DNA of 64,000 nucleotides, from NCBI GenBank assembly GCA_000934665.2, contig KZ538394.1:1-64000 (forward strand), given 5' to 3'. The translations under genes and the position numbers were made by a program. Below, one piece after another: positions 36,901 to 46,070 of the stretch. The notes under the pieces were generated by a model. That model made no database searches and was not told the origin of the DNA. It saw only the letters and a program-made list of their open reading frames with translations. The stretch's first letter is position 1. Every line of letters starts with the position of its first letter. Source of the stretch: Catajapyx aquilonaris. Lineage: Eukaryota.

Positions 36901-39900
36901 GGGGGTTTTGTGGAGGGAAGTCAGCCTGCTCAACTTCCTGCTTGGCACAGTGTTCTTTGTACGGACCCAAAAGGCAATACTGTTCACCTAGCTCTTCTGT
37001 TGACACATAAGCTTTTGACCGGATCACGGTGTATATACCCCCAACTGAAAACAAAATTAAAATAAATATAGTTACATTTCATACTGATAGGGGGGCATGG
37101 TGGTCTAGTGACTGTGCTACTGGCCAAACAAGCGGGAGGTCGGGAGTTCAAAACCGTCCCCGTCACCTTTGCTTGGTTGGGTCCTTCTTTTTTTTTTTGC
37201 TATTCACCCAACATATCTGGGCAGAATTGCCCTCCCTTCTCTGCCCATGGCCAAGAGAAAAGGTCTGGTATTTAAGAGGGTCAGAAATGACTACTTAAGA
37301 GTCCCCCTCCTTGGAAACCTCCCCCTCCCCTCCCTAAGAGGGCCACTGTCCCTATCACAGGGTATTACAAACAAACATTTCATACTGATGTTGGGGCTGT
37401 CTACATGTCACAGTCGCCAGGGGAGGAGGGCAGGGATGGCATTCAATAAATCACAGAGCATGATGACAGAGAAGCAGGGGTTCAATTGAGTCAAAAAGAT
37501 GATGACCAAGTACATGGACAACCCCTTGCCAACTCACAAAGTCACCTCTCCATAAATTCACATGTAAGCCATACACTACAGAGATATTCGTTATTGAGCA
37601 TTTAAAAAATTCTGAACAATGATTGCTAGGAAGCAAAGTTTTAGAAAATTGATATTTTATGATATACAAATAGAGGAAATTTTGTTTTTAACAATGTTCT
37701 TGAGGGATTGACAAACTGATGAAAGCTAACTGGCAAGTACATAATTATTATCTGAGATGGAAGAAAGACCATGGCATCACTAATTCATGATAGTCTAAAT
37801 ACAGTGAAACCTGTGTAAAATAGACATTGAATGCATCAGACACCTGGCCATTTCCGAATATTTGTTACGTTCCACATAATGGAAACTTATTTAGTGTACA
37901 TAGTTTTTTTAAAAAGTGTAATGGAGTAACTACACTACAGGTATCACAGTGTCTGGCCATTCCAATGTAACTTGGTATTTGTCTAACTACTCTAATAGTC
38001 TACTTCTGTCCTACTGTTGCTCTTTTCACTGACAAAAAGAAGCATGTGAGTGCAAATCCATGATCATCTGAACCAGATAATATTCATGAAAGCAAGTCTG
38101 TTGTATTAGGAGTACAGGAAAAAATATATCCTACTCATTGACAGCGAATAAACAGGCCATGCACCATTAGATTTTCAAATAACACAAGAGATGAAGTACA
38201 GCATTATATCCAAATGGTGGGAGAGCATAATAAAATTATTTGAGTCAAAACATTAGTTACCCCATACTCAGTAGAACCCTTAAGGGGCCATCCTAAGAAC
38301 CACATTCAATTCTGTTCCACCATTTGAAATGTAAGCAATGAAAGGCCAATTTTAGTAATATGAAAATCATACAGGATGATTACAGTAACTTTGGCAAAAA
38401 TCACAGGGTGTGTAGAGGCCACATAGGCAACTATTTTGAGCTTCGGTACCCATGTCCGGAAATGCCCCCGTACGGGGGTACGGCCATTTCCACCTTTAGT
38501 ATGTTGCACCTGGTGGGTAGGCAACCCGTCGTACTCGAAGGTTGCGTTCATCAGGTTTTGCACTTGACACTCGCAATTGTTTTCACCTTCGTCTCCTCCA
38601 CACGCGACACACCTGATGAACGCAAGTTTCGATTACGATAGGTTGCCTATCCACCAGGCGCAACAGACGAAAGGTGGAAACGACCATACCCCCTTACGGG
38701 GGCATATCCGGGCATGGGTACTGAAGCTCAAAATACTTGCCTATGGGGCCTCTACCCACCCTGTGATTTTTGCCAAAGTTAACGGAATCACTCTGTATGT
38801 AAGCGTGTATCTCTTTTCATATACAGGGTTCGGAAATTTAATCTACCGTTGCTTTGGGAAATGATAGAGGGGTTTCAGGCGATCACTTTGAGTATATGCA
38901 ACATGGATCTCCGATGCATAGTTAATGATAACTAGCGTTAAATAAAAGTGCATTATCCCAGCTTATAGGTTTCTGATACGGCTTACGACACTTCCATCGC
39001 CTAGGCCATTCCCTGCTACACCTAACAGGATCGTAAATTAAAATAACATGGTAACACCTTAAATTTATATGAAAAAGGTACAGTCGCATGGAGGGATGCA
39101 TACGTTCCAGGATATTTTATACCTTGAGTTTGAAGCACATGATCTCGGTAACTATGTGTCAGAGACCCATGTTGCATATACTCAAAGTGATCGCCTAGAA
39201 CCCATCTATCATTTCCCAAATTTCACAACCCTGTATTTACCTACACATTGGTCAAGGATTATACGATACATCGTATGATGCAAGTAACACTAACACATGT
39301 ACTCTAATTCCAGATTTATTTTCTTGTACTTTAGTTCTTGTTCCATTTGGCCATTCACTTTCATTTCCTATATCCTCCTGAGACCTGATGTCCAATATAT
39401 TGGACATCAGGTCTCAGGAGGTTAAACATGATTATTATGTGATTGCAGTTTCTTATTGTCGCAAGTGACCAAAACCAAACATATGACAAAGTAATGTCAA
39501 TGAATACTTGAGGATCATCATGAACAGGTATAATTTAAATATAGGCCCATTAGTTTCCTAATATTGCATCCCTTTAAAATTTACCATTTAATGATTGCTT
39601 ATATCAATTTCAATCTAAAAATATTGCATTAATCAAACAAATTGCATAGGCATAACATCATCATAATGATTAATTGCACCTTTTGTATGCATACATAACT
39701 CCTGACCAAATGTTGTGAATAGTGTGGTGCAATGTTTTGGAATGAGTCTGTGGTTGCCAAATATTATATCACAGCTTTGGCCTTGAGGGATTCAAGCCAG
39801 CTGCACCTGACTTTGGTGCCTGATGCCAATACTTTTTCCCTCTGCCATACTGCCCTACTTCCGTTCACAACATTATCCCATTAAATCACATGGCATCTAC

Positions 39901-42276
39901 TTCACTACATTATAATTGGGTGATGACATAATCTTTTTCATATCTAGCATAAACTTAATTTCATCAATATTTCATTTGTTGCCAAATATAGGATAGAAGG
40001 ACAGGCTCCTGAGGGCAGAACTTATGAATAGATATCAAGTCAATTCAGGTCATGTCAACTGACAAGAATTTCTGGGCAGAGAAGGAATTTCAAGTTAGGC
40101 CGGGTCGCACCGGCTCCCGGAAAATGTCTGGCTGAAAAAGAGCCCGGTCAGTTTGTTATTCATTGTTGTCAACAATTCAGTCAACAATGAATAACAAACT
40201 ATCCTGGCTCTTCTTCGGCCAGACAAATTTTCCGGGAGCCGGTGCAACCAGGCCTTAGAAAGACTTTTGCAGATCTAGAGTTGTAATTCTTATGGTCTCC
40301 CAGTAAGTCTGGAGAAACTGGCCAGTGCAACCTTTACCAAGAGGGAAATATTTGCAGATCAGACAAAAAGGGGTATTTTGGTAGATGACTTCTAGAAGAG
40401 GGTGGGAAAGTGCAGCAAAGCAGGAGTATTGCAAGTTACGCTCGTGTGGGACAAGGACCAATGGGAGCTGTCATTACATGCTGGCAGAGAGAGTGTGTGG
40501 CTTCAGAAAGCCTGTGGACTAGTGGAGTCTCCGCAGTCATTACTCCATCTCTGGCATTAGTCTCTACATAGACAAACAAGAGGTAAAAGACATGTCACAG
40601 TGGTCAGAACCACCTGTAACTTACTGGGCTGTTACTTGGGCTAGGGATACTTGAATACCACTTTTTGAGTTGTGGAGGTATGATGTCAATTTTACTGAGG
40701 CTTAGTAGATATGGGGCCCCTGCAAAGTGCATGCGAATCCCAACTTCTAGTTAATGGACCAAATTTTCTTCTAACAATTAGCTACTATTAGTCACTGTTT
40801 AGAGGTTTTGACTATTATCTTAGGACGGACTGAATTTTCGTGCTTCTGATTAGGCACTACTAAACATGGAACTGAGTAGTTAATAGAAGTGAGGTTCGAG
40901 ACACCTCAGGGTGTCTCCAACTCACCCCAACACATGAGAAATGGCCGATGCAGTAACGAGGGTTCGACTTGTGGAATGTGTTCGATACCTGCAACGAGTT
41001 TTACGCGGGTCTAGGCGCTACCTGCCCCTTCTGGATCCTTTCATGAAGCTACAAAAAATAACTACTCTGGGTGATATTAGTTATAAATAAAACAACCCAT
41101 GAACTTGGCGGTCCCGGGTCTAATACCTACGGAAAAAATACCAGACGGGATAAAATACCGACCGGAAAAAAGTGGAAAGGTATATGTTCTGTGTATATTT
41201 TCGGTAATAAAGCTGTCGGAAATTTATTCTGTCTGTATTATGTCTTTCGGTATTACGTACCAGACCCGAACTTGGAACACTCTGTATTGGTGAAGTGAGC
41301 AATCGATCTTTTACATCCTGCACCATGCGATAACACATCTTCTCCAGTTCCCCCTCTATCTACCTACTTGTATGCCAAAAATCCCATAGGACGAGGAATA
41401 ACCCAGATAATTATACTGCCTTGCCCTGCTCCACACTCATAAACGTCGCATTGTTCATCATCGCCTTCTCCTTCACTTGTTTACACCCGGAGGCATGTAG
41501 TGCTCACTGATTAAGCTATCCAGGACTGGTTTGTATAATGTGGCTAATAGAACGACGTAAATTCCACCTTAAACAATACCACTAAAAGCACCTACGCAGT
41601 AACTAGCTAATCAGTTCTGAATAGGTGCTACTAGCGGAAAACGAAAATTCGACCTAATGTCTCTTATTTCTCTTCACTTATTTCACACTATTCCTCCTCA
41701 TCAACTACCTGGAATACACCTGGACATCTAAACTGTGAAGTTACTTTTTCCTAAAGCCATAACAGATGAAAACAAATTCAATTATGATCAGCATTCTCTC
41801 TTCTACCACCCACACTCAATAGATTTGTTCATAAAGGGACACATTCGTAAGTATTTTAGAGAAAGGTAGGTTGGTTTAGATTGAGAGTATTACATACCTG
41901 ACCATGTACAATTTTCTATCATTCTGCAATTTGACAGTGCTACAGCTTGTTGATAACCAGGAATGTAATTCACATTTTGATATCCCATATTTCGACAGAC
42001 ACAGTTATACACAGTGTACATCAACCCAGCAATGATACTATTCACTGATATGCAGAAATTACAAACACAATTAATCCAGAAAAATAATGCATTTTGACAG
42101 TCACAATATTTATTGTGTCTCTTACCCTTGTTGGCTGCCTCCCATGCCACTTCCAAAATCCACCTGTTCTCTGCAACTGCCTGTTCACCTCTGTCAAGGT
42201 ACTGCAGAAGATTGTTTGCACTTTCCACACGGTAGAAACGGCGGGAGGCTGAGTGATCACGTGAATGGGTGGCCAT
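15085..42276 (-). CDS. GYS: Glycogen synthase (GT3 family), 696 aa; join(42276..42126,37044..36860,35252..35121,32244..31724,28223..27936,27745..27166,22768..22568,15117..15085)
   Basis: Eight exons with canonical splice sites and consistent phases (2091 nt). Motifs [95 protein letters not shown] and the C-terminal SxxxS phospho-cluster. Confidence 0.97.
16865..17074 (-). CDS. GYS: Candidate alternative terminal exon of glycogen synthase ([17 protein letters not shown]...VYPWTL*)
   Basis: GC-richer open frame in an AT-rich intron, phase 0 with exon 7; acceptor tttatttgcatacaag| with tandem AAG AAG; minus-strand AATAAA at 16723-16728. Confidence 0.55.
   Translation of the reverse strand, partial: KKKKNRKVKLQYVTPVPAVAPSPTYTAAPNPVPVLHTLENTQPISVPSPVTSTPSNMSTRLSEVYPWTL
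17488..17845 (+). mobile_element. tRNA-derived SINE, full length
   Basis: Head GGGGAGATGGAGTGGCACTGCAGTAACG...GGTTCGGTACC (A/B-box-like), (TTA)-rich tail, flanking direct repeat TTATAAATGGTA(G/A)ATGACA at 17468-17486 and 17843-17861; homologous copies elsewhere in the window. Confidence 0.85.
18005..18419. mobile_element. pogo/Tigger-like MITE
   Basis: TA|CAGTGGAGCATCGATTATCCGAAC...GTTCGGATAATCGATGCTCCACTG|TA, perfect 24-bp TIR. Confidence 0.88.
18861..19598. mobile_element. Foldback element made of two inverted 3' ends of a DD41D-type Tc1/mariner transposon
   Basis: TA flanks; arms of about 305 bp each encode the transposase C-terminus ([20 protein letters not shown]...); the spacer carries [17 protein letters not shown] on the minus strand. 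Confidence 0.88.
19773..20195. mobile_element. Foldback/MITE with imperfect inverted arms of about 120 bp, superfamily unclear
   Basis: TCGCCCTAAGAC...GTGTGGGACAAGTCAGAGCACTATG versus CATAGTGCTCTGATTTGTCCCACAC...GTCTTAGGGCGA. Confidence 0.7.
20398..22405 (+). mobile_element. Full-length Tc1/mariner DD41D (rosa/Visitor-type) transposon with long TIRs; transposase disrupted
   Basis: TA|CAGGGTGGATCC...GGATCCACCCTG|TA; imperfect TIRs about 240 bp (20398-20635 and 22110-22405). Transposase fragments lie in several frames over 20850-21998, with 41 residues between the D of QQDG and the D of PLDFFLWG. Confidence 0.92.
20850..21998 (+). pseudogene. Frameshifted DD41D transposase
   Basis: Fragments [42 protein letters not shown] and [10 protein letters not shown]...[17 protein letters not shown]...GQHFEHIL* fall in different frames. 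Confidence 0.88.
22568..22768 (-). CDS. GYS: Glycogen synthase exon 7 (YYRQSR...DIDEEKE), regulatory phosphorylation cluster
   Basis: Acceptor ttccag|, donor GAG|gtgagg; encodes [28 protein letters not shown]. Confidence 0.94.
24599..25531. mobile_element. Two tandem copies (about 465 bp each) of a piggyBac-like MITE
   Basis: TTAA|CCCTTAACTACGTAGGTGG...CCACCTACGTAGTTAAGGG|TTAA; unit repeated at 24599-25067 and 25068-25531 with scattered differences. Confidence 0.85.
25878..26876 (+). mobile_element. Non-autonomous Helitron-like element containing an inverted repeat with arms of about 420 bp
   Basis: 3' end CCAGGGCAATGCCGGG followed by CTAG|T at 26873-26877; possible A|TC 5' end at 25877-25879; inverted arms 25926-26351 and 26428-26841. 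Confidence 0.65.
27166..27745 (-). CDS. GYS: Glycogen synthase exon 6 (GRLPSPDE...DWKNLGV)
   Basis: Acceptor ttatag|, donor GTG|gtcagt; contains the catalytic E-x7-E motif ([11 protein letters not shown]). Confidence 0.96.
27936..28223 (-). CDS. GYS: Glycogen synthase exon 5 ([20 protein letters not shown]...YEICL)
   Basis: Acceptor tttgcag|, donor AG|gtgagt. Confidence 0.96.
28707..28925 (+). mobile_element. Degenerate copy of the same SINE family
   Basis: GGGAGGCTGAG...CCTGGGCTTGATCCCAAGCC...AGCTTCATCTAGGGTGG...CTAACCACC, collinear with the other copies. Confidence 0.55.
29095..30258 (-). mobile_element. Degenerate mariner (DD34D-type) element
   Basis: TA|CGAGGGGAGTTGAATAAGTTTTGGGCCTGA versus TCAGGCCCAAAAC...CTCG; minus-strand fragments [28 protein letters not shown] and [11 protein letters not shown]. 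Confidence 0.85.
30283..30657. mobile_element. MITE with TIRs of about 60 bp (PIF/Harbinger-like)
   Basis: AGAGCCTTAAAGAAGAGAGTCACCAACTTGTTATGTAAGGTCGTCTCTGATT versus AATCAGAGACGACCTTACATAATAAGCTGGCGACTCTCTTCTTGAAGGCTCT. Confidence 0.75.
31724..32244 (-). CDS. GYS: Glycogen synthase exon 4 (DMETNDAV...RGHFYG)
   Basis: Acceptor cacag|, donor GG|gtgag; within ORF 31720..32343. Confidence 0.96.
32647..33881 (-). mobile_element. Rearranged, internally deleted mariner derivative with long inverted ends
   Basis: Inverted ends (GGTTCAAAT.AAACA...AATAT.TC.GGTGC.ATTTGTTT..GCTGGG..CTAGTGGTA.CTCTGAGTAGGCACAT); the minus ORF joins mariner HTH-like ([20 protein letters not shown]) and C-terminal ([23 protein letters not shown]) pieces. 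Confidence 0.75.
33892..34280 (-). mobile_element. tRNA-derived SINE, same family
   Basis: Reverse complement begins GGGGAGGCGGAGTGGTGCTGCGGTAACG...GGTTCGCTCCC; shared body; long (AAT)n tail. Confidence 0.85.
34507..34673. mobile_element. Small palindromic MITE
   Basis: Near-perfect palindrome 34577-34666 (CTTGAACCGAGTAGAGCATGGCCCTACTTGATTCAACCC...); ends GGGTGG / CCACCC with TTAA/TAA flanks. Confidence 0.65.
35121..35252 (-). CDS. GYS: Glycogen synthase exon 3 ([21 protein letters not shown]...GVPHQ)
   Basis: Absent from the ORF track and translated by hand; acceptor ttgcag|, donor CAG|gtatat; 132 nt, phase 0-0. Confidence 0.95.
35321..35778. mobile_element. Kolobok-like MITE
   Basis: TTAA|AGGGACACTCCACTCAAAAT...ATTTTGAGTGGAGTGTCCCT|TTAA; TIR about 60 bp starting AG, TTAA target. 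Confidence 0.82.
36860..37044 (-). CDS. GYS: Glycogen synthase exon 2 ([12 protein letters not shown]...ERGYK)
   Basis: Acceptor tttcag|, donor AAG|gtatgt. Confidence 0.95.
38372..38795. mobile_element. MITE derived from the DD41D element family at 20398-22405
   Basis: TA flanks; both arms match that element's TIRs (GGCAAAAATC...TATTTTGAGCTT.GGTACCCA...GGAAATGCCCCCGTA); no coding core. Confidence 0.9.
38824..39233. mobile_element. Tc1/mariner-type MITE
   Basis: TA|CAGGGTT...AACCCTG|TA; inverted arms of about 100 bp (GGCGATCACTTTGAGTATATGCAACATGG and its complement). Confidence 0.8.
39374..39421. repeat. Perfect 48-bp palindrome, probably a collapsed piggyBac-like mini-MITE
   Basis: CCTCCTGAGACCTGATGTCCAATA|TATTGGACATCAGGTCTCAGGAGG followed by TTAA. 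Confidence 0.8.
40098..40254. mobile_element. PIF/Harbinger (Tourist-like) palindromic MITE
   Basis: TTA|GGCCGGGTCGCACCGGCTCCCGGAAAA...TTTTCCGGGAGCCGGTGCAACCAGGCC|TTA. Confidence 0.82.
42126..42276 (-). CDS. GYS: Glycogen synthase coding exon 1 (MATHSRDH...EVAWEAANK)
   Basis: ATG at 42276 with an in-frame stop upstream; acceptor at 42316-42318; donor G|gtaag. Confidence 0.93.
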
Positions 42277-42539
42277 TTCACAACTCAAATTTTAATAAAT
42301 TGTAAATTTAAAACCCTGAAATAAAAATATTAAAAAAACATTTAAAATAATCAAATTAGGTAGAAAACAAGTTTTCATGATACTTTGCACTATGTTGCCT
42401 GAAAGAATTTGCACCATGTCATTCTCAACATCCATTCCTCAAAATTGTCCAAATGTACATGGCTTTAAATTTCATAATTATTTAAAATAATGTCAATAAA
42501 TAAATTAAATTCATTGGATGTGCACTTGCTTCATACTGC

Positions 42540-42704
42540 TGCCGTCCCAAGGAGAAAGACCCTAACTGCAAAACTGGTAAGGGTGAAGGTCACCTGCATG
42601 CCCTGCACTAATCCCCCCTGACTCAGGAGTGATTAGTGCAGGACATGCATGTTACTTTCACCCTTACTAATTTTGCAGTTAGGGTGTTTCTCCTTGGGAC
42701 AGCA
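42540..42704. mobile_element. Palindromic MITE with an adjacent partial copy (about 42735-42760)
   Basis: GTCCCAAGGAGAAAGACCCTAACTGCAAAA versus TTTTGCAGTTAGGGTGTTTCTCCTTGGGAC, hairpin over its whole length. Confidence 0.72.
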
Positions 42705-43166
42705 CTATGGTTCCTATGATTTACCATAGGAAAATACTGCTGTCCCAAGGAGAAACACCCTTCAACCCTTCACCCTTCAACAGGTGCCCATTAATTGTGG
42801 GAAAAGTGGTTTCTCTGTCACTGCTGCCTAGTTCCCTTCATTGTCATTATGATGGTGTAATACACGAACTGGCTGATAGATATTTCTCTGATAAGTTTCT
42901 ACAGCGATGGCAATCTCCACTTTGTTATCTGACTAGGGATGGTAGCATCCCAGAGAACAAGTATATTTCAGTGTTAAATATGGTCAGTAGTCCTGTCCTG
43001 TTGTTTCAATTCGAGTGCAACAATGTTAGAAAGTATGACAATGGATTATGCAGCAATATTCAGTATGGTTCATATGCCTTCACACAACAATTGAAGATGC
43101 ATTCATCCTGGATGCACTGTTACTCCACAATGCACCTTACGACACACGTGCTGTAATAACCTTTAA

Positions 43167-43446
43167 CCCTTAACTGGTGGCCTGGGGTCTTTTAAGACCC
43201 CAGGTGCAATTTTTTTTGTTATTAAAATATTGCATGGTTAGGTATATGATTTTTTTAATTCAGTTCTACGGCAGCTTGAGAGTTGAAAATTAAACCAAAT
43301 TGTAGAAAACAGTTGCAGGTGTTGTGTAAAAGAATTAAAACGCAAATATTTATCATTAAAGGCAATTTATATTTAAAATCCCCTGGGGTCTTAAAAGACC
43401 CCAGGTCACCGTGAGTGTTAGGATTTTCCAGGTCACTAGTTAAGTG
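43167..43446. mobile_element. piggyBac-like MITE
   Basis: TTAA|CCCTTAACTGGTGGCCTGG...CCAGGTCACTAGTTAAGTG; subterminal palindromes CCTGGGGTCTT..AAGACCCCAGG near both ends. Confidence 0.7.
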
Positions 43447-44449
43447 TTACAGCAGCACAATAAAACATGCAGTAGATATTCAAAATTCAAATTTTGTCAA
43501 GTTATGTGGGATAGCAGCATCAGAATAATCTACTGCACCTAGTTCAGACTAATTACAATTTATTCATAACAAGAGCAAGTGATATTATTGTACCAATTGC
43601 TGCCAGTGATTGTTGGTTTCATCCTTCTAGCTGTACTGATAGGATATCATGTGTTCTTGGAATAGAATTAACCACATACCTAAGTTCCCATGGCCTTCAT
43701 AAACAAAGAAAGGCAACACATTAATATTTCAAGCATTCCATTCTCTCATCACCACCTGAATAGTACCACTTGGTGCCTATGGCTAGCTCCTGAAGTATAG
43801 AATGGAACAATGCCACACAAAATTGTGCTGCTTAACAGCTGAATTTGTGAATTTATTATTAAATATTGAGATACTAGTATCAAGCTGTCAAATAACAAAA
43901 TAAAGCAAAACTGGTCATCTTTACTGGGTCATCTAAATATGCAGGTTGGGTTTTTGGGCCTATCTATAAGTTACTAATGAAGTGGAGTGCATCTATTACT
44001 GGGAATTGCCCTGCAAGTTTTATCAGGAACTGCTACAATACTTATTGATAACTCATAACTTATGAGAAGGACAAAAACACCATTATTAGCACTTAGCATA
44101 ATTCTTTCTACAAAAAAGGAATCATTTTAAAAATAATACCATACTCTTTTGGATTATATTGAAGGAGAAATAATCTCATTAAGTAAGACAGGAATTTGTT
44201 TGATGCTTTTGTTTTGCTTAGGGTACTAATATTTTTGGTGCAACTACAAATGTGAAAACTAAATTTGCAAAAAGCGATAAACTTACTCATATACAAGATG
44301 ACCAAAAGGTCTGGACACATGGGTAACTGTATTGTATTGTTGGTTGACAGGTATCAACCAATAATGCAATGCAACAACCTATGTGTCCATAACTTTTGGG
44401 TCACCTTGTACATGTGCCAAAATTTCAAAATGTCGAATGTCACCTCTAA

Positions 44450-44596
44450 GGGCCGTTTTCTCGAACAGTGGTTCAAATGTAAACCAGGTTCAGAGCCAGT
44501 TTAAACCCTGACTTGATTGTTGTTAGGCTGTTGTCAAGGGTTTAAATCGGCTTTGAACCGGGTTTACATTTGAACCACTGTTCGAGAAAACGACCC
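44450..44596. mobile_element. PIF/Harbinger palindromic MITE
   Basis: TAA|GGGCCGTTTTCTCGAACAGTGGTTCAAATGTAAACC...GGTTTACATTTGAACCACTGTTCGAGAAAACGACCC|TAA. Confidence 0.85.
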
Positions 44597-44759
44597 TAAA
44601 AGGTACTATCAATCAATCAAACAATCAATCAATCAGTTTTTATTTTACCGCCCTGCATCAGACTCAGGGAGGGATCTAAAAGGCACTATTTATTACCATA
44701 ATAATCAAAATAATAATCACTGCTTGTTAGTCACTTCCTCGAGTCATTGAAAATCATAA

Positions 44760-45161
44760 AGCTGCATTTACATGTGATCGCTGAGCAATGAATCCAATTG
44801 TTTAGGGTGAAAATAGATTGTTACCATGGTTGTTACTTTCGCCCCAAACAATTGAAGATGTCACTTGCCAAAGGGCCAACTCCACAAGGTGAAAGTTTTC
44901 AAGAGAGAGAAAAAACTGCACGTATGCTTCATTGCTCCATATGGAGTTTTGCAGTTTATGATTCAATTTTAAGGCAGTTCTGGTTGACTTGGACCCTTAA
45001 TCTTCACCAGGGCTGTGAGGCCCAACTCCAAGAGTAGGAATCCGCAATAAAAAGGTTTTTCAAAATTTTGGAGTGGGGCCCTTTGGCAAGTGACGTCTTC
45101 AATTGGATTCATCACTCAGCGATCATATCGCTGATCAAATCGCTCACATGTAAATGCGGCT
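44760..45161. mobile_element. PIF/Harbinger-like MITE
   Basis: TAA|AGCTGCATTTACATGTGA...TCACATGTAAATGCGGCT|TTA with subterminal GATCGCTGAG / CTCAGCGATC. Confidence 0.68.
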
Positions 45162-45839
45162 TTAAAATGTGTAAATTTGCAATATTTCAAGCACCATATC
45201 TCAGTTGTTTACCCCTCTCCTGCATAGTTACGTACCTCTTGCACCAACAATATTAGTACCTAAAGCAAAATATGCATCTTACAGATTTAGCCGCCTTGCT
45301 TGTCATATTGACACATGGTCAGCTTACATCCAGATCATGTGACATCATTTATAAAAAATATTGATTCAATTCCGTGTGATGCGAATTAGAAATTGTATGC
45401 TACTTTGGAAAAAATGTGACATGTGTATTGCAAAAACACTTCATAAATACAATGGGTGTTCTACTGTACAAGCTGCAGATTATTTGCACTGCATACTCAA
45501 TACCCCTTATCTTACAAAATACCAATAATAAACTGTCGTAGTTTTCACCGTGCAATGTTCTAGGTAGGCTGCGGAATATCACATGCTACAACAAGGCAGC
45601 ACCGCAAGTTACTCTCTAATGCAATGCTGCGTGAAACCTACATGTTGACACAGTATACACAACGTACGGATAAGACCCAGCAAGTTATCCACTCTAGAAT
45701 GAACTGATTAGCACTGATTCTGATATGAAGTTAAATAATCCTACTAGTTGCCTTGACCTTTGCCTACAAACACTAGAAACTGGGTCAGCCACACACTACA
45801 TGATCTTCCTTCTTCCGCATACACTTCAGGTATTCTTAC

Positions 45840-46070
45840 CCAATACTAGTTCCGTGTATAGATGAACAAGTCCGAACCAAAAGTATATGAGGCCGGGGTA
45901 GAGGCCGGTTCCTGGCCTAAAAGTAAAAAGGACCCGGGCTGGAGGTCAGCAGACACCCACACCGGAGCCGGCAGCAGAACACACAAGAATTTCTTGAGGT
46001 GAATTTGGTCAACTGTTGATTCAGGCTGCCACCAACAGAGGGCAGGGCAATGCAAATGTAGCCAATGTGG
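45840..46070 (-). promoter_or_regulatory. Candidate promoter and non-coding first exon of glycogen synthase
   Basis: GC-richer segment with a minus-strand donor TGG|gtaag at 45835-45839 and a CCAAT near 46062; the unpaired acceptor at 42316 requires an upstream exon. Confidence 0.45.
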
